From Verrucomicrobiota bacterium (GTDB taxonomy: Bacteria > Verrucomicrobiota > Verrucomicrobiia > Limisphaerales > AAA164-E04), in assembly GCA_047947115.1 (NCBI GenBank), contig CP170459.1, positions 2,240,001 to 2,304,000 on the forward strand: 64,000 bases of DNA, given 5' to 3'. The notes beneath the pieces are model-generated. The model saw only the letters and a list, made by a program, of their open reading frames with translations. It ran no database searches and was not told where the DNA came from. Every line of letters begins with the position of its first letter. Positions within the stretch are counted from its first letter, which is position 1. The position numbers and the translations under genes were made by a program. Below, piece by piece: positions 28,645 to 38,287 of this stretch.

Positions 28645-31239
28645 ATGATGTTACCAAGAATTGCATTGTTATTGTTGTCGAGCCTGTCCTGGCTCGGGAC
28701 TCTAGTCGTTTTATCCGATGAAGCCCGATATATCCGCGATGAGGATACCGGAATCACTTTGATGGAGGGATTTGACGCCGAGTTGATTTATGACGTTCCA
28801 ATTTCCCAAGGTTCCTGGGTGGCGATGGCCTTCGACCCAAAGGGCAGGCTCATTGTTTCTGATCAGGATGACAAAGGCGTTTTTCGAGTGACATTGCCCG
28901 GGACCGGTGCCGTCACGGAAGGAATACAGGTGGAGAGTCTGGAGGGCTTCCCTTATCTGCCGATAAAGTGGGGCAGACGCACGGTGGGTGGTGCGCTGGG
29001 CTTCGTGCATGCCTTTGATAGTCTCTACATGTCTTCCATGAAAGGCTTTTATCGTATCCGGGATACCGATGGAGACGATCGATATGATGAATTCCAACTC
29101 CTGAAAAAGCTCGGTGTGGGCTATGAGCATTCGGCGCATTCCATTATTGTGACCGAGGACGGCAAGGGACTTTACCTGGTTGTAGGAAACCACACCCGGG
29201 TTCCTGAAGGTGTGCCCAGTTTGCAGCCTCCTGTTTGGGACACCGATTCATTACTGCAGGAGATGCCCGATGCGATGGGGCATGCAGTCGGTATCCGTCC
29301 ACCAGCGGGTTATATCTGCCGCATTTCACCAGACGGTGAGGAATGGGTAATGCTTGCATCCGGGTTTCGGAATGCAGTGGACATTGCGTTGAACAGGGAA
29401 GGTGAATTGTTCACGTATGACTCCGATCTTGAATTTGATATCGGCGTGCCCTGGTATCGTCCCACACGCGTCAATCATGTGACATCGGCAAGTGAATTCG
29501 GTTGGCGCGCCGGTTCCGCCAAATGGCCGGAGTATTTTGCAGATGGAAATGGTGCTGTGCTCAATATCGGTCCAGGGTCGCCGACCGGTATCAGCTTCGG
29601 GCATCACTCCAATTTTCCAAATGTTTACCAGGATAAATTGTTCATTTGTGATTGGACCTTTGGCGCCATTTATATGGTGGAGATGGAGGAAGACGGCTCC
29701 AGTTACACCGGAACCAAAACGAAGTTTCTCAGTGGTGAACCGCTGAACATTTCGGCCATGCGATTTGGTCCGGATGGCAACATGTACTTTCTGGTGGGGG
29801 GGCGAAATACGGATTCGAAGCTTTATCGAATCAGTTACAAAGGTGCCGACATTCCAGGAGGAGTCAAAGATCTGACAAAGAACCAGCACCTTCGTGACTT
29901 ACGTCATTCGCTGGAAGCATACCATGGTTTGTCTGATGGGGGTGAGGGTGCCGTTCAAAAGGCCTGGCCGTATTTGTCGCATGAAGATCGATATATTCGC
30001 TATGCCGCTCGTCTGGCCATTGAAAATCAGCAGGTTTCCTTATGGCAAGATCGTGTGTTTACCGAAACGGAGCCAAGAGCCATCATTTACTCCGCTATTG
30101 GACTGAGTCGTCATGGAGACAAAAGGCTTTCGAATCGACTTTTGGGGAAGCTTCACACGATACCCTTTCAAGCTTTGGAAAACGAAGATCGGTTGGCGCT
30201 TCTCAGAGCTTATTCGCTTTGTTTTATCCGAATGGATGAACCCGCTCCTGAAAAAGTTCACGCGATCATTGCTCAATTGGACCCACATTTCCCCAGCGAA
30301 AACGAAGCGCTCAATACCGAACTTTGCCGTGTCCTATGTTACCTGGACGCGCCTGATGTCGTGAGGAAAACCATTGCATTGATGAAGGTGACTCAAACCA
30401 AAACGCTCGACTATGACAGGCAAACCTTGCAGCGTCACGAGTACGGCAAGACTATTCTGCAAACCATGGCCAACACGCCCAATATTCAAAATATTCAATA
30501 CGCTTACTCATTACGACGTGTTCAAAACGGATGGACGCTTGATGATCGCAAATACTTTTTTGGCTGGATGAATGAAACACTCATGAAAAGTGGGGGAAAG
30601 AGTTTTGCTGGATACATGCGTGCGATCAGGGAAGATGCCATCCAACACCTGCCACCCGAGGCGGCTTCGTCAGTTTCCTGGTTGTTGGGGGATATTGAGT
30701 CCGTCGATCTGAGCCAACTCCCGACACCCAAGGGACCCCCGGTTGCCTGGACCACCGACAAGTCGATGGAGCTGTTCAAGGACTCACTGCAGGGTCGCGA
30801 TTTTCAAAACGGCAAAACCATGTTTTCAGCAGGACGCTGTGTGGCCTGTCATCGTTTCCAGGGATCGGGTGGTTATTCGGGGCCTGATCTTGGTTCGGTG
30901 GGCAATCGTTACACGATTCGGGACATCCTGCAGTCCATCTGTGAACCCAGTCATTCCATTTCGGAACAATACCAGGCCAGCACCGTTCATATGAAGGATG
31001 GCTCGATGTTGTACGGACGAATCATTTATCAGAATGAAGATGAATTGGCGTTGGCATCCAATCCCTTCAATTTCGGTCAAATCACCAAAACACCCGTCGA
31101 ACAAGTGGAGAAGATAAAACCCTCTCAGATATCCCTGATGCCGATGGGCACCATATACGGCATGAATGCTGAGGAGCTCAAGGACTTGATCGCTTACCTC
31201 ATTTCCGGAGGGAATCGTAGGCACGAAGTATTTCAGTGA
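28645..31239 (+). CDS. PVC-type membrane-bound dehydrogenase-like protein with C-terminal haem c
   Basis: Beta-propeller motifs (DTDGD, GFRN, GSPTG), CVACH, GPDL, SLMP. Start placed at the signal peptide. Confidence 0.88.
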   Translation: MMLPRIALLLLSSLSWLGTLVVLSDEARYIRDEDTGITLMEGFDAELIYDVPISQGSWVAMAFDPKGRLIVSDQDDKGVFRVTLPGTGAVTEGIQVESLEGFPYLPIKWGRRTVGGALGFVHAFDSLYMSSMKGFYRIRDTDGDDRYDEFQLLKKLGVGYEHSAHSIIVTEDGKGLYLVVGNHTRVPEGVPSLQPPVWDTDSLLQEMPDAMGHAVGIRPPAGYICRISPDGEEWVMLASGFRNAVDIALNREGELFTYDSDLEFDIGVPWYRPTRVNHVTSASEFGWRAGSAKWPEYFADGNGAVLNIGPGSPTGISFGHHSNFPNVYQDKLFICDWTFGAIYMVEMEEDGSSYTGTKTKFLSGEPLNISAMRFGPDGNMYFLVGGRNTDSKLYRISYKGADIPGGVKDLTKNQHLRDLRHSLEAYHGLSDGGEGAVQKAWPYLSHEDRYIRYAARLAIENQQVSLWQDRVFTETEPRAIIYSAIGLSRHGDKRLSNRLLGKLHTIPFQALENEDRLALLRAYSLCFIRMDEPAPEKVHAIIAQLDPHFPSENEALNTELCRVLCYLDAPDVVRKTIALMKVTQTKTLDYDRQTLQRHEYGKTILQTMANTPNIQNIQYAYSLRRVQNGWTLDDRKYFFGWMNETLMKSGGKSFAGYMRAIREDAIQHLPPEAASSVSWLLGDIESVDLSQLPTPKGPPVAWTTDKSMELFKDSLQGRDFQNGKTMFSAGRCVACHRFQGSGGYSGPDLGSVGNRYTIRDILQSICEPSHSISEQYQASTVHMKDGSMLYGRIIYQNEDELALASNPFNFGQITKTPVEQVEKIKPSQISLMPMGTIYGMNAEELKDLIAYLISGGNRRHEVFQ

Positions 31240-31339
31240 ATTGAACTGAGAAACCCGCAGAATGATGCGAACTTACAGTTAATTGTTTGTGCGAAATGTT
31301 GAATGTTGAGACTTGACCCCAAATAAACTAAACAAGTCA

Positions 31340-31936
31340 TCAGGCATCGCCTTGCTTGTTCATTGACTTAGGGACGTTTAAGCCGTCGTTTTGAGCCGGA
31401 TCATGGAAGGGGGTGTTCTGGACATAAAAAAAGGCGTCCAGTTGTGATGAAAGTTTGTTTTTTAGTTGGTTGATCGTGCTTCGAGCTGCCCGGAAGAGTT
31501 TCAGGCGTTCGCCGGCGAGTTTGCGGCTTTCTTTTCGCAGGCGATGCAAAATTTCCGCCATGGCTTTTTTCTGGAAACCGGGAAATACTTTTTCCAGTTC
31601 AGTTAAAAGTCGGTTGCGTGTTTGTTTGGTGTCCCGGATGACGGATAACGCTTCTGCTTCACTTACCTCCCCGGCTTCCACATATCTCAACAGAGTGCAT
31701 CGGAATAATCCACATCGAGCCGGACGGCAGTGGTAGGTTTGACATGCGTCTTGTCGATAGCCTGAGCAGGGTTGCTGCATGATCCAGTCACCGTGATCAT
31801 CCTGTTGCACACGAAGCTCGGCGGATTTAAGGGATTCGACAGAATCTTCCGACTGAAGTCGCACACGCGTGAACAGTGTTCCGTCACAACAGAACCCGCA
31901 GGCCAGGCAAAGTCTTTCTTCCACACTTTGATTCAT
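31340..31936 (-). CDS. YkgJ-family cysteine-cluster protein
   Basis: CLACGFCC...QPC...CQTYHCRPARCGLFRC. Confidence 0.87.
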   Translation of the reverse strand: MNQSVEERLCLACGFCCDGTLFTRVRLQSEDSVESLKSAELRVQQDDHGDWIMQQPCSGYRQDACQTYHCRPARCGLFRCTLLRYVEAGEVSEAEALSVIRDTKQTRNRLLTELEKVFPGFQKKAMAEILHRLRKESRKLAGERLKLFRAARSTINQLKNKLSSQLDAFFYVQNTPFHDPAQNDGLNVPKSMNKQGDA

Positions 31937-32138
31937 TGACTTCAGCTTCAATCAAACTCGCATCAAAGGCCTCACTTTGATCTTTGAATTGGTTCACCGT
32001 TTCCCAAGAAACAGCTTGGCGGACGGCGCGGTGCACAAAACGGGATAAATCTCTTTTTTTCATGCCTGACAGCGCCAGGTGAGATCTGACAATTTGATCG
32101 GTCTCTTCAGGTATGACCAATGTCCATCGGGTTGACAT
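31884..32138 (-). CDS. Ribbon-helix-helix protein (XACb0070-like), C-terminus probably disrupted
   Basis: MSTRWTLVIPEETDQIVRSHL...KKRDLSRFVHRAVR; 3' end overlaps the ykgJ-like start. Confidence 0.7.
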   Translation of the reverse strand: MSTRWTLVIPEETDQIVRSHLALSGMKKRDLSRFVHRAVRQAVSWETVNQFKDQSEAFDASLIEAEVNESKCGRKTLPGLRVLL

Positions 32139-32167
32139 CTGCAATTCCTCTCTCTCAAATGGATCCT

Positions 32168-32207
32168 TATACATCGAATCGTATAGGTGGGGCCTCCATT
32201 TTGTCAA
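32168..32207 (-). promoter_or_regulatory. Sigma-70 promoter with overlapping inverted repeat for the RHH gene
   Basis: TTGACA-N18-TACGAT, with TATAC-N8-GTATA overlapping the -10. Confidence 0.55.
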
Positions 32208-32368
32208 TGGGTCACCCTTCCTCTCAACTTTAGATATCCTATTGTCTTCGTTCCATGTGGCTCTCGGTTCACACTTATATTTTCTGAAGGAACTGAGATG
32301 CGCCGCCCATCGTTCTACACTACAGGCTTGACCACTGGTGTTCAGGGGGGAAACTGGAAGCCAATCAA

Positions 32369-34426
32369 ATGAACATTTGGAAAGCATTTCTCAATTTTTC
32401 TATTCTGTTGTCACAAGTCACGGTTCAATCCGAACCGGCGCAATATGACATTGTGATATACGGAGGCACCAGTGCCGGCATCGTGGCGGGACTTCAAGCC
32501 AAGGCCATGGGTAAATCCGTCGTGGTGATCGAGCCCACCCATCGTGAAGGCGGTTTGACCACCGGCGGTCTTGGACAAACGGACATAGGCAACAAGCACG
32601 TGATCGGTGGTTTGTCCCGTCAGTTTTACGAACGCATCGCCAATTACTATGCCAACGACAGCGCCTGGAAATGGCAAAAACGTGAAGAGTACCGAAGTGG
32701 CGGGCAAAGCATCACCCAAAAGGGGGAATCGACTCTGTGGACCTTCGAGCCGAGTGCCGCGCTCAAGGTGTATCGTGATTGGATCCACGCAACAGGACTC
32801 ACCATTGTCCACAGTGAACGCCTGGATCGTGAAAACGGTGTCAGCAAGGATGGGGCCGTCATTCGATCGATTACCATGGAATCGGGACGAACCTTCAAGG
32901 GACGTATTTTCATGGATACCACCTATGAAGGAGATCTCATGGCTGCCGCTGGAATCAGTTACACACTTGGACGCGAGGCGGATGCTCAATATGGTGAAAC
33001 ATTGAATGGTGTCCAGACCAGGCAGGCACGCTATCATAACTTTGTCGACGGAGTCGATCCTTACCGGATCAAGGGTGATCCTGATAGCGGGCTCTTACCG
33101 TTTTTGGATCCAAATGGACCTGGTGAAGAAGAATCTGCCGATCTTAAAATACAGGCCTATTGTTTTCGTATGTGTCTGACCGATCATCCGGGCAACCGTA
33201 TTCCGTTTTACAAACCAGAAGGGTACGATCCGTTGTGGTACGAGCTGTTGTTGCGGAATTTCGAAGCCGGCGAGCGTGGGATGCCATGGATCAATTCCAG
33301 CATGCCCAACCGCAAAACCGACACCAACAATCGCACCGGGTTTTCAACGGATTTCATCGGTCAGAACTACGACTACCCGGAAGCCAGTTATGAGGAACGC
33401 GATGCCATCCGGGCGCGTCATCTCTTATATCAACAAGGTTTGATGTGGACCCTTGCCAATCATCCACGCGTGCCGGACAAGATCCGGAACGAAGTGGCTC
33501 CTTGGGGCATGAGTCGTGATGAGTTTGTTGAAGGGGGTGGATGGCAGAACCAGTTGTATGTAAGGGAGGCACGGCGCATGGTCAGTGATTTTGTGATGAC
33601 ACAGCATCATTGTCAGCAACGGGACATCGTGGAGGATTCCATTGGCATGGGCGCCTACACCATGGACTCGCATAATGTGCAGCGTTACGTGAACGCCGAT
33701 GGTTTTGCCAAGAACGAAGGTGATGTGGAAGTCGGGGGATTTCCTCCTTATCCGATCAGCTATCGGGCGATCGTGCCGCGACGCGAGGAAGCGACCAACC
33801 TGCTGGTGCCCGTCTGTCTGTCGGCCAGTCACATGGCCTTCGGGTCGATTCGCATGGAACCCGTGTTCATGGTCTTGGGGCAATCCGCCGCGACTGCAGC
33901 CTGTCTGGCATTGGATGCGGGTGTTTCCGTTCAAGATGTCCCCTACGAGACATTGAGAGAGCGATTGGAACAGGACGGGCAGATCCTTAATTACGGAGCG
34001 TCCTACCAACAATCCCAACTGGACGGCATCATCGTCGACGATACCAAGGCGATTCTTCTAGGAAATTGGAAACAATCGACGTTGCTAGCAGGTTATCGCA
34101 TGGGCTACAAACACGACGGAGACGCTCGCGACGGAAACTCATCTGCCACCTTTGCCGCCAAGCTGCCCAAGCCCGGCAAATACGAAGTGCAGATCGCCTG
34201 GACCTCCAATCCCAATCGTGCCACCAACGTTCCTGCTCAGGTCAAACATGTCCAAGGCGAGCGGAACTTTCTTCTCAATCAACGTAAGGAGCCCAATCAG
34301 GACATTGGCTTTCACAGACTGGGAGTTTTCCAATTCGGAACAGAAGCTGAAGTGATCATCAGCAATCAAGATACCGACGGACATGTCATTATTGATGCCG
34401 TTCGGTGGGTGAAAGTGGTGCAATAG
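32369..34426 (+). CDS. Secreted FAD-dependent oxidoreductase with golvesin/xanthan-lyase-like C-terminal domain
   Basis: IYGGTSAG, DTTYEGDL, YVREARR and SIRMEP motifs; C-terminal ATNVP...IDAVRW. Confidence 0.88.
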   Translation: MNIWKAFLNFSILLSQVTVQSEPAQYDIVIYGGTSAGIVAGLQAKAMGKSVVVIEPTHREGGLTTGGLGQTDIGNKHVIGGLSRQFYERIANYYANDSAWKWQKREEYRSGGQSITQKGESTLWTFEPSAALKVYRDWIHATGLTIVHSERLDRENGVSKDGAVIRSITMESGRTFKGRIFMDTTYEGDLMAAAGISYTLGREADAQYGETLNGVQTRQARYHNFVDGVDPYRIKGDPDSGLLPFLDPNGPGEEESADLKIQAYCFRMCLTDHPGNRIPFYKPEGYDPLWYELLLRNFEAGERGMPWINSSMPNRKTDTNNRTGFSTDFIGQNYDYPEASYEERDAIRARHLLYQQGLMWTLANHPRVPDKIRNEVAPWGMSRDEFVEGGGWQNQLYVREARRMVSDFVMTQHHCQQRDIVEDSIGMGAYTMDSHNVQRYVNADGFAKNEGDVEVGGFPPYPISYRAIVPRREEATNLLVPVCLSASHMAFGSIRMEPVFMVLGQSAATAACLALDAGVSVQDVPYETLRERLEQDGQILNYGASYQQSQLDGIIVDDTKAILLGNWKQSTLLAGYRMGYKHDGDARDGNSSATFAAKLPKPGKYEVQIAWTSNPNRATNVPAQVKHVQGERNFLLNQRKEPNQDIGFHRLGVFQFGTEAEVIISNQDTDGHVIIDAVRWVKVVQ

Positions 34427-34465
34427 TAGTCAGCGTGTTTTCTATGGACAGCCACCGCAGTCGCG

Positions 34466-35979
34466 CATGCGCGTCAGGATAAAAATGATTATTTTTAACG
34501 ATAAAGCTGTATTTTTATGTACAGTTTGCTTTCTACTTTTCCGAATGACTCTCCAACAAATCCTTGTCAGACAATATCATCTTCAGATCTTCAACACACA
34601 ACAAGACCTCAACCCAAATGTTTGACTTTACTCCCAGATTCACAAGGGGTTTCCCTGCCTCATGAATGGCACCGATGTGCCCAAACATTAACCGGTTGGT
34701 TCGCTGATTTCGATTTCCAGACACTTGCTCGCGCCACCGGCTTTGTCCTGCGAACTCCGCGAAAAATAATGCCCGAATTTTTTCTACAAGCGACTATTCT
34801 ATTGGTTTGCCAAGGCACCGCAAGTTTGAGTCGATGGGCGACTTTGTTGGGAATTTTGAGCAATAATACTATTGCCAAACAGTCATTGTGGGAACGAATG
34901 AACCAGGGCGCTGTGAATTATATTCAATGCATCCTGGCGCTAGTATTAAGCGCCAAATCCAAAGACAATGGCCGCAACGTCCCAAACAAGTTCAATCGAT
35001 TTCCACGAATCCTTGTTCATGATAGCACGACCATCAAAGTAAATTCGAAACTGGCGGCTGCTTTTCCCGGTTCGGCTAACCAAAGTGGTTCCAAAATTGC
35101 ATCGCTGAAAATACAAGCCATTCAGGATATACAAAATCAACAATTCCTCTACTTCGGGATAAGTGGATTTAGACGTAACGACCAAACCGCAACTTATGAT
35201 ATTTTGAAAGTCATACGTAAGGGGGACTTAATACTCCGTGACTTGGGCTATTTCGTGATAGAATCATTCCAACAGATAGCAAACGCTGGAGCCTATTATT
35301 TGAGTCGAATCCGATTGGATATCGAAGTGAGGGACCCAGCCACAGGAGAAAAAATCGATTTACTCAAAAAACTGAAACGATTAGGAAATTTGGACTTTGA
35401 TGTTTTGCTCTCAGATAAGCAGTTACCCGTGCGATTGGTGGCCATCAAACTTCCCGATGAGATCGCGGCAGAACGGCGACGCAAAGCCAAGAGCAATCGT
35501 GATAAAAGGCGAAAGCCCAATGCCCAAAGGTTGGAGTTGCTTGGTTGGGCGATATTCACAACCAATGTTCCCCAGAACGAATGCACAGCAAAAGAAGTGG
35601 CAAAGATCTACGGTTTGCGCTGGCGGATAGAAACCATTTTTAAGGCATGGAAAAGCCATTTTCGTATCACCGAGGTTCCTGACGGTTCTGCAGAGCAACT
35701 CCGGATAGTGGTTTGTGCACGACTCATTTTTATTACCGTTCTTACAAACTTGATAGAGCGTGACTGGCTTGCCCCAGGGCAGACTTGCAACGCGGCGCAT
35801 TTGAGCATGTTGAAAGTGGCTGCTCTACTGGGAGATTACTTTTTGGCTCTGTGTTTTGAAGCGTGGAATGTACAAGTCAGCGATGCTATCCCTATACAAA
35901 TGAGATACCAATGCAAATATGACAAACGATCTCGTCAAAACTATGAACAAAACCTCCTGGCTTTATCCTGACGCGCATG
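34466..35979 (+). mobile_element. IS4-family (IS231-like) insertion sequence, 1514 bp
   Basis: Perfect 18-bp IRs CATGCGCGTCAGGATAAA / TTTATCCTGACGCGCATG; 10-bp direct repeat CGCAGTCGCG at 34456-34465 and 35980-35989. Confidence 0.95.
34517..35971 (+). CDS. IS4-family DDE transposase
   Basis: HDSTT, RDLGYF and YGLRWRIETIFKAWK (YREK) motifs; stop codon lies inside the right IR. Start uncertain. Confidence 0.95.
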   Translation: MYSLLSTFPNDSPTNPCQTISSSDLQHTTRPQPKCLTLLPDSQGVSLPHEWHRCAQTLTGWFADFDFQTLARATGFVLRTPRKIMPEFFLQATILLVCQGTASLSRWATLLGILSNNTIAKQSLWERMNQGAVNYIQCILALVLSAKSKDNGRNVPNKFNRFPRILVHDSTTIKVNSKLAAAFPGSANQSGSKIASLKIQAIQDIQNQQFLYFGISGFRRNDQTATYDILKVIRKGDLILRDLGYFVIESFQQIANAGAYYLSRIRLDIEVRDPATGEKIDLLKKLKRLGNLDFDVLLSDKQLPVRLVAIKLPDEIAAERRRKAKSNRDKRRKPNAQRLELLGWAIFTTNVPQNECTAKEVAKIYGLRWRIETIFKAWKSHFRITEVPDGSAEQLRIVVCARLIFITVLTNLIERDWLAPGQTCNAAHLSMLKVAALLGDYFLALCFEAWNVQVSDAIPIQMRYQCKYDKRSRQNYEQNLLALS

Positions 35980-36043
35980 CGCAGTCGCGGGATCTGGAGC
36001 GATCGATACGACACAGATCTCAGGATAAAGCTACAGCACGAAT

Positions 36044-36406
36044 ATGGGACATTATTGTAAAATATGTGGATGTAATCGAGCTAATGAGAAGTTTTCCGGC
36101 AAGGGACATAAAAACCACATTTGCAAGGAATGTTCCAAACTGCCAAAGGAGAAGATTCAATTTGAAATGGCCATGGAAGAGATATTCGATTTTATGCATC
36201 AATCGAATATTTCCCAGAAGAATATCGAACGCTTGCAAAAGCATCTTCAGTCCTCCAACGATACAATTGTCAAACACGCCTCGCTTGTATTGGAGGTCGC
36301 CAAAATCAAACCACATAAAAGGAGGCGCATAAAGTTTTTGGCCAGAGAAAATAGGGAACTGCTCAATCAATTATTCGAGACAGGGCTCATACTTGATCAC
36401 TGGTAG
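36044..36406 (+). CDS. Hypothetical protein with N-terminal Cys/His zinc-finger-like motif
   Basis: HYCKICG..RANEKFSGKGH..HICKEC. Confidence 0.8.
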   Translation: MGHYCKICGCNRANEKFSGKGHKNHICKECSKLPKEKIQFEMAMEEIFDFMHQSNISQKNIERLQKHLQSSNDTIVKHASLVLEVAKIKPHKRRRIKFLARENRELLNQLFETGLILDHW

Positions 36407-36585
36407 AAATAAGCCAGAAAGATCAAACTAAGTTCAACACCATAACGTTCAGCCCACCAAGCAACCGCCTGGCCTCCCACCAATGGGCAATCGTCTGGAA
36501 TGTGAGTAAATAAGATTTGAAAATCATTTGGCCGAAAATGTCCAGATGGTTCCAAAATCGATCTTTTTTTTAGGTCAGGCGTCAT
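36397..36585 (-). pseudogene. Truncated nucleotidyltransferase-like gene
   Basis: LVGGQAVAWWAERY resembles the VGGxA nucleotidyltransferase motif; stops after ~62 codons against the convergent gene. Confidence 0.5.
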
Positions 36586-36772
36586 CGAAATCTTCGTCGG
36601 CAATCAAAGTTTCGTCGAAAATCAAAGGGCCAAGCAATGATCCTTTGTCAATCATTTTCGCCAAGCAAAAGGGATCCCTGCCGCTGCATGAATCAATTTC
36701 CTCTTGCCTGGAAACGAACCTGTCTTCGGCCTTTTGTCTGCGAAGAATGATTGACTGATCTTCCTTTTTCAT
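36575..36772 (-). CDS. Small hypothetical protein, upstream partner of the truncated gene
   Basis: 65-aa ORF with an acidic tail, overlapping the next ATG by 11 nt. Confidence 0.5.
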   Translation of the reverse strand: MKKEDQSIILRRQKAEDRFVSRQEEIDSCSGRDPFCLAKMIDKGSLLGPLIFDETLIADEDFDDA

Positions 36773-36840
36773 TATCCCTTGCCGTTTACTCCAACCTATC
36801 GTCAACCGAGGGGTGGACGCAACTGGTTATTGCATGCTCA

Positions 36841-38286
36841 TTATTCAAGAACTTCATCCACTACTCGTCCGTGAATATCGGTCAGTCGGTAATCACGCCC
36901 CTGAAAGCGATAGGTCAGCCGTTCGTGGTCGAACCCGAGCAGATGCATGATAGTGGCGTTCAGATCGTGGATGTGCACCGGATCCTTGACGATGTTGTAG
37001 GAAAAGTCGTCTGTTTCTCCGTGCGTCAATCCACCCTTGATGCCGCCTCCCGCCAGCCAGATCGAGTAACATCTGGGGTGATGGTCGCGCCCATAATCCG
37101 TTTCGGTAAGCTGGCCTTGTGAGTAGACCGTTCGGCCGAATTCTCCTCCCCAGACGACCAGTGTGTCATCGAGCAGTCCACGTTCCTTGAGTTCCTTCAA
37201 GAGAGCGGCTGATGGCTGGTCGGTGTCGTAGCATTGGGTGCGGACACCTTCCGGACACTTGTTGTGCTGGTCCCATCCACGGTGATAGAGCTGGATGAAT
37301 CGTACGCCTCGTTCCGCAAGACGTCTGGCCAGGATGCAGTTGGCCGCGTAGGTTCCTGGCTTTTTGGATTCCGGTCCATAACGCTCGAACACCGTCTCCG
37401 GTTCTTTCGAAAGATCGGCGAGTTCAGGGACGGATGCCTGCATGCGATATGCCATTTCGTATTGTTCGATTCGCGCCTCAATCTGTGGGTCCAGGGTCTG
37501 AGCAAATTTCAATCGATTCAAAGCCTCAACATCGTCCAACATTTCGCGGCGTTGCTGGCGCGTGATTCCCGGGGGATCGGTCAGGTAAAGCACCGGATCT
37601 TTCCCCGGGCTGAATCGCACTCCTTGATAGCGTGTGGGAAGAAAACCCGATCCCCACATGCGTTCGTGCAGAGGTTGCGCATTGGTGGGGCCGCTTGGAC
37701 GCGAAATCATCACCACGAATGCGGGCAAATTTTCGTTTTCCGAACCAAGTCCATAAGACGTCCAGGCTCCCAACGAAGGGCGTCCGGCGACTTGATGGCC
37801 GGTTTGAAGGAGCGTCATGGCCGGGTCATGATTAATCGCTTCGGTGTGCAGGGTGCGGATCAGGCAGATGTCATCGGTGCAGCGTCCGGTGTGAGGAAGT
37901 ATTTCGCTCAGATGCATGCCCGAATCGCCAAATTGTGGAAATTTGTAAATGGATGGCGCGATCGGAAACGATTTTTGTCCGGCAGTCATGCCGGTAAGCC
38001 GTTGGCCACGTCTGACCGAATCCGGCAGTTCCTGTTTGAAACGCTTGCTCAGTCCCGGTTTGTAATCGAATAAGTCCAGCTGCGATGGGGCACCTGCTTG
38101 TGTCAGCCAGATGATACGTCGGATGCGACTTTGGAAATGAGGGCGGGGCGGTGTTGCAGCCTTCACGTCCGACCTCATGAGTGAAGCCAACGCTGCCAAT
38201 CCGGCTCCCGCCGTGGATTGCCGCAGGAATTGCCTGCGGGCGATCGTTCTCAAAGCCTCGTTTTCCAAATGGACAGAAGGGTTCAT
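36841..38286 (-). CDS. DUF1501 domain protein
   Basis: RRQFL, GAPSQLDLFDYKP, GWDQH, GEFGRT and GRDHH motifs. Confidence 0.93.
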   Translation of the reverse strand: MNPSVHLENEALRTIARRQFLRQSTAGAGLAALASLMRSDVKAATPPRPHFQSRIRRIIWLTQAGAPSQLDLFDYKPGLSKRFKQELPDSVRRGQRLTGMTAGQKSFPIAPSIYKFPQFGDSGMHLSEILPHTGRCTDDICLIRTLHTEAINHDPAMTLLQTGHQVAGRPSLGAWTSYGLGSENENLPAFVVMISRPSGPTNAQPLHERMWGSGFLPTRYQGVRFSPGKDPVLYLTDPPGITRQQRREMLDDVEALNRLKFAQTLDPQIEARIEQYEMAYRMQASVPELADLSKEPETVFERYGPESKKPGTYAANCILARRLAERGVRFIQLYHRGWDQHNKCPEGVRTQCYDTDQPSAALLKELKERGLLDDTLVVWGGEFGRTVYSQGQLTETDYGRDHHPRCYSIWLAGGGIKGGLTHGETDDFSYNIVKDPVHIHDLNATIMHLLGFDHERLTYRFQGRDYRLTDIHGRVVDEVLE

Positions 38287-38287
38287 G

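Noticed and set aside
36020..36031. 12-bp match (TCAGGATAAAGC) to the IS right end just outside the element
   Set aside because: It lacks the terminal CATGCGCG and has no partner, so it may be chance.
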